Origin: Bacteroidales bacterium | GTDB taxonomy: Bacteria; Bacteroidota; Bacteroidia; Bacteroidales; VadinHA17 | DNA length: 55,898 bases | Direction: 5' to 3' | Assembly: GCA_012519515.1 (NCBI GenBank) | Contig: JAAYQC010000052.1 | Location: 1 to 55,898 of the forward strand | In this document: positions 9,283-17,898 of the stretch, in pieces | Position numbering within the stretch: position 1 is the first letter of the stretch | How the letters are laid out: each line of letters begins with the position of its first letter | Translations under genes and position numbers: made by a program | The notes under the pieces: generated by a model | What the model saw: only the letters and a program-made list of their open reading frames with translations | Told to the model about the DNA's origin: nothing | The model's database searches: none

Positions 9283-11061
9283 ATGGAAAGCAGAAAACTC
9301 TTGAAAAGCGGTGAATTCCTTGTAAGTTCAACAGAAGCGGCGGATGTCTTTATTCCCGAGGAGTTCTCCGAGGAACAGAAGATGATAGCCCAGACCTGCA
9401 GCGACTTCCTCGAAACAGAGGTGATGCCCAGAATGAACGATCTTGAAAAATGCGACAGGGTACTTATGAAGAACATTCTCAGGAAGTCGGGGGAGCTTGG
9501 TATGATGGGAATCTCAATCCCGGAGGAGTACGGCGGATTCGGACAGGACTTCATCACCCAGATGTTGGTGGCTGAAACAACGGGCGCCGGTGCTTCCTTT
9601 TCAGTTGCTTTCATGGCTCACTGCGGGATAGGTACCCTTCCGGTTATGTATTACGGAAACGAGGACCAGCGCCAGCGTTATGTTACAAAGCTGGCCACGG
9701 GAGAATTGATAGGAGCCTACTGTCTTACCGAGCCGGGAGCAGGCAGCGACGCCAATGCCGGCAAGACAGGCGCCACACTGTCTGATGACGGAAAACATTA
9801 TATCATCAACGGCCAGAAAATGTGGATTACCAATGCCGGCTTTGCCGACACTCTTGTTGTCTTCGCAAAGATCGATAACGACAGGGTGCTGAGCGCCTTC
9901 ATAATCGAGACAGCCTATCCGGGAGTGGTGATCGGCGCCGATGAACATAAAATGGGTATAAAGGGCTCGTCGACGGCCCAGATTTATTTCAACGATGTCA
10001 GGGTTCCTGTCGAAAATCTTCTCGGGAAAAGAGGAGAGGGATTCAGGATAGCACTCAGCATTCTCCATATGGGTAGGATAAAACTGGGAGCCAATGTACT
10101 CGGTGCAGCTAAAAAGGCTATTAACGACTCGGTTAAATATGCAAATGAACGCAAGCAGTTCGGAGTGCTGATATCCTCATTTGGCGCTATCAAACAAAAA
10201 CTGGCGGAACAGGTTGTAAGACTCTTCGCTTCTGAGTCGGCGGTGTATCGTGTCAGCAAGGATATCGACGATCTTATGAACAGCTACAAGTCGGAATACA
10301 GCGACAAGGGCAGGGCGGCAATTGATGCCATAAGTCATTACGCGGTGGAGGCAGCCCTCCTGAAGGTGGCTGGTTCAGAGATGCTTGACTTCGTGGTCGA
10401 TGAGGCTGTCCAGATACACGGGGGAATGGGTTATTCGGCCGAAATGGATGTCGAGAGAGCATACAGGGATTCGCGTATCAACAGGATATTCGAGGGAACA
10501 AACGAGATAAACAGGCTGCTTGTGTCCGACACTGCAATGAAAAGGGCCATGAAGGGCGATTTTGACCTCTTCGGAGAAGCAGAAAAACTTTTTGCCGGAA
10601 TTGAAAAGCTGAATGACGGCAAAAAGGAAGGCGAAAGCTGGCACGACGAGAAGAAAAGATACCTGGAGAATTTCAAAAAGCTGACACTCATCTGTATGCA
10701 CGGGGCAGTAAAGAAATTTGAAAAGCGTCTCGTACACGAACAGGAGGTTATGAACAATATCGCCAATATGATGATGGAGACCTATCTCTCGGAATCACTG
10801 GCGCTTAGGGTCGAGAAGCTGGAAAGCATAAAGGGTGAGCTTCCCGTTTACAGGGATATCCTTGATGTAAATATCTGGGAAACCGCATGCCTTGTCAGGA
10901 CGGAAGCCATGGATGCCGCCTGTGCATTCGCTTCGCCCGAAATGCTGCCGGTACTTTCAAGAGCTGCCGAAGAACTTTCACGCGTGAGCTTCGTAAATGT
11001 TAAGGATGCCAGAAGAAGGATAGCAGATAAGCTGATAGAGGACAATAGCTGGAAATTCTGA
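9283..11061 (+). CDS. Acyl-CoA dehydrogenase (long, FadE/AcdA-like with C-terminal extension)
   Basis: YCLTEPGAGSDA, INGQKMWITNAG, QIHGGMGY and RIFEGTNEINR motifs. Confidence 0.95.
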   Translation: MESRKLLKSGEFLVSSTEAADVFIPEEFSEEQKMIAQTCSDFLETEVMPRMNDLEKCDRVLMKNILRKSGELGMMGISIPEEYGGFGQDFITQMLVAETTGAGASFSVAFMAHCGIGTLPVMYYGNEDQRQRYVTKLATGELIGAYCLTEPGAGSDANAGKTGATLSDDGKHYIINGQKMWITNAGFADTLVVFAKIDNDRVLSAFIIETAYPGVVIGADEHKMGIKGSSTAQIYFNDVRVPVENLLGKRGEGFRIALSILHMGRIKLGANVLGAAKKAINDSVKYANERKQFGVLISSFGAIKQKLAEQVVRLFASESAVYRVSKDIDDLMNSYKSEYSDKGRAAIDAISHYAVEAALLKVAGSEMLDFVVDEAVQIHGGMGYSAEMDVERAYRDSRINRIFEGTNEINRLLVSDTAMKRAMKGDFDLFGEAEKLFAGIEKLNDGKKEGESWHDEKKRYLENFKKLTLICMHGAVKKFEKRLVHEQEVMNNIANMMMETYLSESLALRVEKLESIKGELPVYRDILDVNIWETACLVRTEAMDAACAFASPEMLPVLSRAAEELSRVSFVNVKDARRRIADKLIEDNSWKF

Positions 11062-11088
11062 AACATTTCATAATTTAGCGCTCCGGCA

Positions 11089-11110
11089 GTTAAAGGCACA
11101 GACCTTTAAC
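11089..11110 (+). terminator. Hairpin after the acyl-CoA dehydrogenase (weak terminator or stabiliser)
   Basis: GTTAAAGG-cacaga-CCTTTAAC with no strong U tract. Confidence 0.35.
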
Positions 11111-11133
11111 CGGTAATATAATAATTCCATCGA

Positions 11134-14100
11134 GTGAAAATCCTGAAATTCCTTATTTCCCCGGTTTTCATGGGGATGTTGTTTGTCATCTTCGCAGCTT
11201 CGATGGCAGCAGCTACATTCATTGAAAATGACTACGGTTCTTCAGCCGCCTATAACTTTGTTTATGATACCAGGTGGTTCGAACTCATTCTCCTCCTTCT
11301 GGCAGTAAACCTTACCGGTCAGCTTATTGCATACAAACTGTACCGGAAACAGAAACTGACGGTAGCCCTGTTTCATCTCGCGTTCCTACTGATCCTTGCC
11401 GGAGCCGCCATAACCCGCTATACAGGCAGGGAAGGAACGATTCATATACGAGAGGGAAAAGAACAGGATAAATACTATTCATCCGACAGTTACATCGGCT
11501 ATAAACTTATGGATGCTTCGGGTGAGGTCATTGACGAAGGTTCATCCAAATATTATATGAGCATGAAATCGGCCGGTAAGTTCAGCAGGAAAATACGGGC
11601 CGGGGAAGCCGATTACGAAATTGTCCTGGCAAGAATCGCGGTGAATGCCGCTGAAGTTATTGATAAGAATTTAAGCGGCAAGGGAGCAATAATATCGTTT
11701 ATGGCAGCCGATAGCCTTACAAGACAGAACTATATCCTGAGGGAGGGAGAATCGGTCACGACAGGAGAGCTCAGAGTCGGGTTTTGCTCACCAGATCCTT
11801 CCGACGTGTCAATAACTTACGATTCATCATCCTTTTACCTTACATCAACCCGGTCATTCCTGCGCGAAGGTATGATGGCAGGCGAATCAGTTTCATTCGC
11901 GGAAGGGGAAAGCAGCCCTTTCGAACAGATGAATATATTTAGGATCAACAATATAAGCATAGTTCCCCAACAGCTGGAAAGGAAGGGTGATACCAGGATA
12001 ATTTCAGCCGACATGGAGACCAGGGAAACGGGGGAAAATGCCATCATGTTCAACATCCTGGCAGGAGGCAGACCTGCAGGAGAGATCATCCTGTGGGATA
12101 AACATAATCAGCCTTTCTCATCGGGCTCGGCTGTGGTCGACGGCAATACCATTGAAGTTTCTTTCGGATCGCGGGAGATAACTCTTCCGTTCTCTCTTTA
12201 CCTGAATGATTTCATTCTCGACAGATATCCCGGATCCAACAGTCCTTCGGGATACAAAAGCGATATAGTCCTTTATGACAGGAACGCCGGCGTAGAGAAA
12301 CCCTTCAGCATTTTCATGAACAACATCCTCAAATACAAGGGATACAGGTTTTACCAGTCATCCTACGATGAGGATGAATTGGGTACCATACTTTCAGTAA
12401 ACCATGATCCTGCAGGAATGTTTGTGACCTATTCCGGTTATGGTGTACTTATCCTGTTCATCCTGCTCTCGCTGTTAAACAGGAAATCGGTATTCCATAC
12501 TGTCCATGCGGGATTCTGGACCTCGGCAATAAGGAGAAAGACAGCAGCGGCTGTATTGCTGTTTGCAGTTGCAGGAACGGTGAACGCCTGGTCCCAGAAG
12601 CTTGTTCCCGACAGGAAGATGGCCGGGGAATTCGGTAATGTGCTTGTTCAGGATCAGAAAGGACGCACTGAACCTCTTTCCACCCTCAGCTACGACATCC
12701 TCAGAAAGGTAACAAGAAAAAACAAATTCCGCGGCATGACTCCCATGCAGGTCTTCCTGGGAGTTTACCTCGACTTTGACCATTGGCGGGAAGAACAGAT
12801 AATCAAAGTCTCAAGCCGCAACCTGCAGAAGTTTATCGGCATCTCAGGTTCCTATGCTTCCTTTTCTGACCTTATCGACCTGCAGACAGGAAATTACAAA
12901 CTCGCGGAAACTGTAGGAGATGCCTATTTAAAACCGGCCGGCTCACGAACAAAAACCGACAAGGAACTTATCAGGGTTGACGAGAGGGTGAATATTATTT
13001 ACATGATCTACAGGGGAGGATTTACCAGGATATTTCCCCTGCACGATGGAACAACGAACTGGGGATCGCCCGAAGAAGCCCTGAAAACTGCCATGAACAG
13101 GGACGATTCGGTGTTTGTTGAGAATGTGATTCCTGTATTGTCTGATGCCCTGAGAAGCGGAAATGCTTCCATTGTAAAACAGATAAGCAACTCGGTGAAG
13201 GAATACCAGAAAAGGTTTACTGCATACGAGTTACCGCCACAGTCGAAGATCAAGGCGGAATCGCTCTATTACAGGATGATGATTTTTGAACGCTTGTTTC
13301 CTTTCTATCTTGCCATAGGTGTACTGCTGCTTGCCGGGCTTATTGCAATGGTAATGAAGGGAAAAAAATCAGTTCTGCTGTTTACAAGAATACTTGGATG
13401 GATTCTCTTTGCAGGATTCCTGTTGCATACGCTGGGGCTCGGATTGAGATGGTATATTTCAGGTCATTCCCCGATGAGCAATGGCTATGAATCAATGATA
13501 TTCATCTCATGGGTAACACTCCTTGCCGGGTTTGTCTTCAGCCGCAGATCGTCGTTTGTACTGCCGGCAACTGCCGTCCTTTCAGGCCTGACACTGCTGG
13601 TGGCCCACCTGAGCTTCATGGATCCTGAGATTACCAATCTCGTTCCGGTACTTCAGTCATATTGGCTTACCCTCCATGTATCTGTTATCACCTCAAGCTA
13701 TGGTTTTCTTGGGCTGGGGGCAATACTCGCGATCATAGTAATGATACTGCTGTCGCTGTCCGGTAAAACAAACCTGGAAAGGATCTCGTCAACAATCGAC
13801 GAACTTACGGTTATAAACTACAAATCGCTTACCATAGGCTTGTATATGCTTACCATAGGCACATTTCTCGGTGCAGTGTGGGCAAATGAATCGTGGGGCC
13901 GGTACTGGGGCTGGGATCCCAAGGAGACCTGGTCGCTTATAACCATTATTATATACAGCTTCGTTATTCATTCAAGGATGATACCGGGGATGAAGGATAT
14001 ATACACATTCAACCTGCTTTCGCTGTTTGCTATTTCGTCGGTGCTTATGACTTATTTCGGGGTTAACTATTACCTCACCGGACTTCATTCCTATGCCGGA

Positions 14101-14205
14101 GGCGATCCGGTACCGGTTCCTTTCTTCGTCTATGTCGCCATTGCCGTTCTTGTGTCGCTTGCTGTAATGGGCTGGGTGAAATACAGAAAATGGGAGAGGA
14201 AGTAA
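11134..14205 (+). CDS. ccsA: Cytochrome c biogenesis System II fusion protein CcsBA
   Basis: ResB-like N-terminal half (ATFIENDYG, LFHLAF, MNNILKYKGYRFYQSSY); C-terminal WWD domain WANESWGRYWGWDPKETW; GLHSY; GTG start. Confidence 0.93.
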   Translation: MKILKFLISPVFMGMLFVIFAASMAAATFIENDYGSSAAYNFVYDTRWFELILLLLAVNLTGQLIAYKLYRKQKLTVALFHLAFLLILAGAAITRYTGREGTIHIREGKEQDKYYSSDSYIGYKLMDASGEVIDEGSSKYYMSMKSAGKFSRKIRAGEADYEIVLARIAVNAAEVIDKNLSGKGAIISFMAADSLTRQNYILREGESVTTGELRVGFCSPDPSDVSITYDSSSFYLTSTRSFLREGMMAGESVSFAEGESSPFEQMNIFRINNISIVPQQLERKGDTRIISADMETRETGENAIMFNILAGGRPAGEIILWDKHNQPFSSGSAVVDGNTIEVSFGSREITLPFSLYLNDFILDRYPGSNSPSGYKSDIVLYDRNAGVEKPFSIFMNNILKYKGYRFYQSSYDEDELGTILSVNHDPAGMFVTYSGYGVLILFILLSLLNRKSVFHTVHAGFWTSAIRRKTAAAVLLFAVAGTVNAWSQKLVPDRKMAGEFGNVLVQDQKGRTEPLSTLSYDILRKVTRKNKFRGMTPMQVFLGVYLDFDHWREEQIIKVSSRNLQKFIGISGSYASFSDLIDLQTGNYKLAETVGDAYLKPAGSRTKTDKELIRVDERVNIIYMIYRGGFTRIFPLHDGTTNWGSPEEALKTAMNRDDSVFVENVIPVLSDALRSGNASIVKQISNSVKEYQKRFTAYELPPQSKIKAESLYYRMMIFERLFPFYLAIGVLLLAGLIAMVMKGKKSVLLFTRILGWILFAGFLLHTLGLGLRWYISGHSPMSNGYESMIFISWVTLLAGFVFSRRSSFVLPATAVLSGLTLLVAHLSFMDPEITNLVPVLQSYWLTLHVSVITSSYGFLGLGAILAIIVMILLSLSGKTNLERISSTIDELTVINYKSLTIGLYMLTIGTFLGAVWANESWGRYWGWDPKETWSLITIIIYSFVIHSRMIPGMKDIYTFNLLSLFAISSVLMTYFGVNYYLTGLHSYAGGDPVPVPFFVYVAIAVLVSLAVMGWVKYRKWERK

Positions 14206-14447
14206 GCTTCGCTCATTCGGGCTTTGTTTTTCCAGCGGCTTATGAAAGCAGAGCTTTCAACGCGCCTTTCAGGGGAGGGATTGCCTCCTTCGCTGCGCTT
14301 TGTCGGCGATCCCTGAGGATTGCCTCCTTCGCTGCGCTTCGTCGGCGATCCTTGAGGGGGGGTATCCATCCAGCTTGCCTTTCATTCGCTTCGCTCATTT
14401 GGGCTTTGTTTTTCCAGCAGCTTATGAAAGCAGAGCTTTCAACGCGC
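14206..14447. repeat. 60-bp direct repeat pair enclosing two tandem 39-bp hairpin units
   Basis: 14206-14265 versus 14388-14447 (2 mismatches); 14278-14316 versus 14317-14355 (2 mismatches), each GGATTGCC...GGCGATCC. Confidence 0.9.
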
Positions 14448-14498
14448 TAGAAAAACAAAGCCCTTCCCGCCTGGGGGCGGGAAAGGCAAGCTGGATGG
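14366..14498. repeat. Nested inverted-repeat (REP/MITE-like) element abutting the tRNA-His 3' end
   Basis: Perfect 18-bp IR 14366-14383/14481-14498; inner IR 14401-14418/14446-14463 (1 mismatch); smaller internal hairpins. Confidence 0.8.
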
Positions 14499-14573
14499 GG
14501 TGGAAGATGGGATTCGAACCCACGACCTTCGGAACCACAATCCGACGTTCTAACCAGCTGAACTACATCCACC
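14496..14573 (-). tRNA. tRNA-His(GTG)
   Basis: Minus strand reads GGTGGATGTAGTTCAGCTGGTTAGAACGTCGGATTGTGGTTCCGAAGGTCGTGGGTTCGAATCCCATCTTCCACCCCA: GTG anticodon, G-1/C73, TTCGAAT loop, encoded CCA. Confidence 0.96.
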
Positions 14574-14741
14574 GTATCTGGGCTGCAAAATAAGCCGAAA
14601 AATTCCGATTAGCAAAATTTTCATTTTATTTTATGCCACTTTGATCCAATTGTTAACTTTGCTGTTCAAAAATCGGGAAGGCACCCGGCAATTTTTAAGG
14701 AACACGCTTGTTATCTGATGTAGCCTGACTATTTTTTATAG

Positions 14742-16091
14742 TTGAGAAAGATAAAACTGATAGACAATATAAAGGGACTGCAGCTATTCCAGCTGATGAA
14801 GTTCGTCGTCTTCCTCATTATCAGCATTGTATTTACCAAAAGCCATCTTACCCGATCCGAGATTGGAGCATGGGAGATGTTTCTCTTTATCTCGGGACTT
14901 ATCAGCTTCTTCTGGGTAACGGGAATTATCCAGTCGCTGCTTCCTCTTTATCACAGAAACCGGACCTATCGCAAAACAGGTGATAACGGAAGCGGAAAAT
15001 CACCCGAGATATTCAATGCATTCCTGCTGCTGAGCTTCTTCAGCCTTATGGTATTTGCAATTGGCCATGCCTTAAAGAGCAACTTCTCGGTATTCCATAT
15101 GAGCGGCAACGTTCCTTACCTGAACCTGCTGCTTCTGTACGTGCTGCTCAGCAGCCCGGTCTGCCTTATTGAATATATCTACCTGCTTAACAACCGTTCG
15201 TACAGGATCTTCCAGTACGGGCTCTATACATTCGGCGTTCAGCTGATATTTGTCCTGGCACCCATCCTTATGGGAAAGGATATTATATGGGGGGTATACG
15301 GACTTCTTGCAGTCACGGGAGTCAGATGGATCTGGCTGATAGTGCTTCTGAGACGATATGCCGAAATAAAGATCTCGGCGGAATTCATGAGGGAGCATTT
15401 CTACCTCGGGCTTCCCCTTATTATCACCACGCTGATAAGCGGCTCGGCCCAGTATATTGACGGTATAATTGTCTCTGCAGTATACCGCGATCCCGGATGG
15501 TTCGCGTGGTTCCGCTACGGTGCAAAAGAGTTCCCGCTGGCCGTCATGCTTGCCAACGGGCTGAACAATGCCATGCTGCCCGAATTCTCCACGCGAACAC
15601 AGATGAAGGAGTCACTTGCAAAAATTAAGGAGAAATCAAGAGGCCTGATGCATATCTGCTTCCCTTCAACAATGCTGATAATGCTGTTGGCCAGGTGGAT
15701 ATACCCCAGGATGTTTACCCCTGAATTCCAGAAAAGCGCCGATATCTTCCTGCTTTATTCATTGCTTGTTATACCAAGAATGGTCTTTCCACATACAATA
15801 ATAGTGGGAAGGAAAAAGACACATATCACAATGATAGCAGCCATCCTGGAGATAGGACTTAACATACCTTTCAGCCTCCTCATGATAAAATGGGGATACA
15901 ATATTGTCGGTGTGGCTCTGGCAACTTTTGTGGTCTACCTCATCAGCAGGCTGTACCTGATAATCTATGTTTGGGTTAAGATGAAGATCAGACCTTCAGA
16001 ATACATACCCATCAAAATTTTCATGCTTTACAGCTTCCTCCTGGGATTGTTGTTTGTTTTGATTGACCACAGGATAATAGATATACACTAA
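14742..16091 (+). CDS. Wzx/MATE-like (MOP superfamily) oligosaccharide flippase family protein
   Basis: About 12 TM segments; YIDGIIV..., FRYGAKEFPL...NAMLP and GVALAT patterns; TTG start. Confidence 0.75.
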   Translation: MRKIKLIDNIKGLQLFQLMKFVVFLIISIVFTKSHLTRSEIGAWEMFLFISGLISFFWVTGIIQSLLPLYHRNRTYRKTGDNGSGKSPEIFNAFLLLSFFSLMVFAIGHALKSNFSVFHMSGNVPYLNLLLLYVLLSSPVCLIEYIYLLNNRSYRIFQYGLYTFGVQLIFVLAPILMGKDIIWGVYGLLAVTGVRWIWLIVLLRRYAEIKISAEFMREHFYLGLPLIITTLISGSAQYIDGIIVSAVYRDPGWFAWFRYGAKEFPLAVMLANGLNNAMLPEFSTRTQMKESLAKIKEKSRGLMHICFPSTMLIMLLARWIYPRMFTPEFQKSADIFLLYSLLVIPRMVFPHTIIVGRKKTHITMIAAILEIGLNIPFSLLMIKWGYNIVGVALATFVVYLISRLYLIIYVWVKMKIRPSEYIPIKIFMLYSFLLGLLFVLIDHRIIDIH

Positions 16092-16115
16092 GCGGCAGTG
16101 CTCTTATCCTGCCGG

Positions 16116-16148
16116 CTTGTCCGATATTCGAAAATCTGATTATATTTG
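16116..16148 (+). promoter_or_regulatory. Promoter of the GNAT gene
   Basis: CTTG, 21-nt spacer, TATATTTG. Confidence 0.5.
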
Positions 16149-16168
16149 CTGAACTAATCAGGAGCTTG

Positions 16169-17392
16169 ATGCAGATCGCGGAAGTTATTACCAAAAATGA
16201 CAGGAAGGAGTTTCTGAACCTGCCGAAAATCCTGTACAGGGATGATCCCAACTGGGTATGCATGCTCGATTCCGAACTTGAAGGAATATTTGATCCTTCT
16301 GTAAACAGGACATTCTCAAGAGGTGAGGCGATAAGATGGATACTCAGGGATGAAAAAGGAACTGTTATCGGGAGGATAGCCGCATTTTACGACAACCAGC
16401 GATCGTCGGCCTACAAACAGAAAACCGGCGGAATCGGTTTCTTTGAGGTCATAAACAGCAGGGAGGCGGCTTTTACACTTTTTGATACAGCCAGGGAATG
16501 GCTCGCATCAAAGGGGATGGAGGCAATGGACGGGCCGGTAAACTTCGGTGAGAATGACAGCAACTGGGGCCTTCTGGTCGACGGATTCATGCAGCAGGGA
16601 TACGGTATGCCCTACAATATGAAGTATTACCGTGAACTATTTGAGGCATACGGGTTTGAAAATTATTACGAACAGTATTCCTATCACAGGGATGTCCGCG
16701 GACCCGACGGCAAAATAGTCGAGTTCCCCCCGAGGATAATGAAAATAGCCGAGTGGCTCTCGAAAAGACCAGGATATGAATTCAGGCATTTCGAAATGAA
16801 GGACCGGCAAAAATTCTACAACGATTTTGTTGAGGTTTATAACTCGGCCTGGTCCGTTTTCAAGGAGGATTTCACCCCGGTTGGAACAGAGGTTCTCGAA
16901 ACAACATTCCGGAAGGCTAAACCCATAATCGACCAGGAACTGATATGGTTTGCATATCACAACGGGAAACCGGTTGCCTTCTTTATTCTTTTCCCCGACC
17001 TTAACCAGATCATAAAACCTTTCAGGGGAAAACTCAACCTCCTGAATATATTAAGGTTCGTCTGGGCTAAAGCCAACCATAAAATGACAAGGATAAGGGG
17101 ACTGGTGGGGGGAGTCCATCCTTCATACCAGAACAACGGTGTGGAATCGGCTATCTTCCATAATCTTTACCGGAAGCTGAAGTTCAAACCCTGGTACAAG
17201 GAACTTGAACTGTCGTGGGTGGGAGATTTCAACCCCAAAATGATAGCTATCTATGAAGCCCTCGGCGGAAAAAGGGCTAAAACCCATATCACCTTCCGCT
17301 ATATGTTTGACCGGGAAAAGGAATTCATCCGGTATAAGGATGAAATGGCGCTTCACGGCAAACCGGAAACAAGCCCGGGAAATGCGGTATAA
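16169..17392 (+). CDS. Double-GNAT acyl-CoA N-acyltransferase (YghO-like / bacterial ceramide synthase family)
   Basis: LPKILYRDDPNWV, IGRIAAF, GGIGFFE, GPVNFGE..WGLLVDGF, PYN..YY and ELSWVGDFNPKM motifs. Confidence 0.72.
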   Translation: MQIAEVITKNDRKEFLNLPKILYRDDPNWVCMLDSELEGIFDPSVNRTFSRGEAIRWILRDEKGTVIGRIAAFYDNQRSSAYKQKTGGIGFFEVINSREAAFTLFDTAREWLASKGMEAMDGPVNFGENDSNWGLLVDGFMQQGYGMPYNMKYYRELFEAYGFENYYEQYSYHRDVRGPDGKIVEFPPRIMKIAEWLSKRPGYEFRHFEMKDRQKFYNDFVEVYNSAWSVFKEDFTPVGTEVLETTFRKAKPIIDQELIWFAYHNGKPVAFFILFPDLNQIIKPFRGKLNLLNILRFVWAKANHKMTRIRGLVGGVHPSYQNNGVESAIFHNLYRKLKFKPWYKELELSWVGDFNPKMIAIYEALGGKRAKTHITFRYMFDREKEFIRYKDEMALHGKPETSPGNAV

Positions 17393-17409
17393 TATTTTTT
17401 TCGTTCCGG

Positions 17410-17440
17410 TTTGCTTTTCAAATAATCTTGATTAATTTTG
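17410..17440 (+). promoter_or_regulatory. Primary-sigma promoter of rpmE2
   Basis: TTTG, 19-nt spacer, TAATTTTG. Confidence 0.7.
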
Positions 17441-17493
17441 CGAACCCTAAACAAGGGATATTTTTTAACAATAAGGAATAAAACAAGATAGAA

Positions 17494-17757
17494 ATGAAAC
17501 AGGGTATACATCCGAAAAATTACAGGCTGGTAGTTTTTCAGGACATGTCAAACGGACATTCATTCATTACCAGGTCAACCGCCCCTTCAAAAGAAACAAT
17601 CAAATGGGAGGACGGAATTGAATATCCGCTTATAAAGCTCGAAATATCAAATACATCCCACCCGTTCTACACGGGCAAGATGAAACTTGTAGATACGGCC
17701 GGAATGGTGGATAAATACATGAACCGGTACAAGGATCACATGGGTAAGAAGAAATAA
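17494..17757 (+). CDS. rpmE2: 50S ribosomal protein L31 type B (no Zn-ribbon cysteines)
   Basis: [17 protein letters not shown]...[13 protein letters not shown]...DTAG. Confidence 0.95.
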   Translation: MKQGIHPKNYRLVVFQDMSNGHSFITRSTAPSKETIKWEDGIEYPLIKLEISNTSHPFYTGKMKLVDTAGMVDKYMNRYKDHMGKKK

Positions 17758-17765
17758 GTCAACTT

Positions 17766-17797
17766 AATCCCGGGCTGCAACGACCGGGATTTTTTTT
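17766..17797 (+). terminator. Rho-independent terminator after rpmE2
   Basis: AATCCCGG-loop-CCGGGATT followed by a T run. Confidence 0.8.
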
Positions 17798-17822
17798 GCC
17801 CGAAGCTGTCACTGTCTTTTTC

Positions 17823-17838
17823 CGGCATAAAGATTGCT
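17823..17838 (+). promoter_or_regulatory. Candidate sigma54 -24/-12 promoter of lon
   Basis: cGGCATAAAGATTGCT fits GG-N10-GC; a TAAATTTG -7 element also lies at 17875-17882. Confidence 0.55.
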
Positions 17839-17898
17839 TAATACCGTGCCGGGATCATAGTTAAAAATAATATGTAAATTTGTCAGCTCTATTGACTG

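Noticed and set aside
14206-14447. Possible CRISPR array
   Set aside because: Only two copies of each unit, the 39-bp units have no spacers, and there are no cas genes.
14206-14573. Integrated island at tRNA-His
   Set aside because: No integrase, no direct duplication of the tRNA 3' end, and the flanking genes are housekeeping.
14130-14593. ORFs 14130-14369, 14190-14450 and 14300-14593
   Set aside because: They are translations of the repeats and the tRNA antisense strand.
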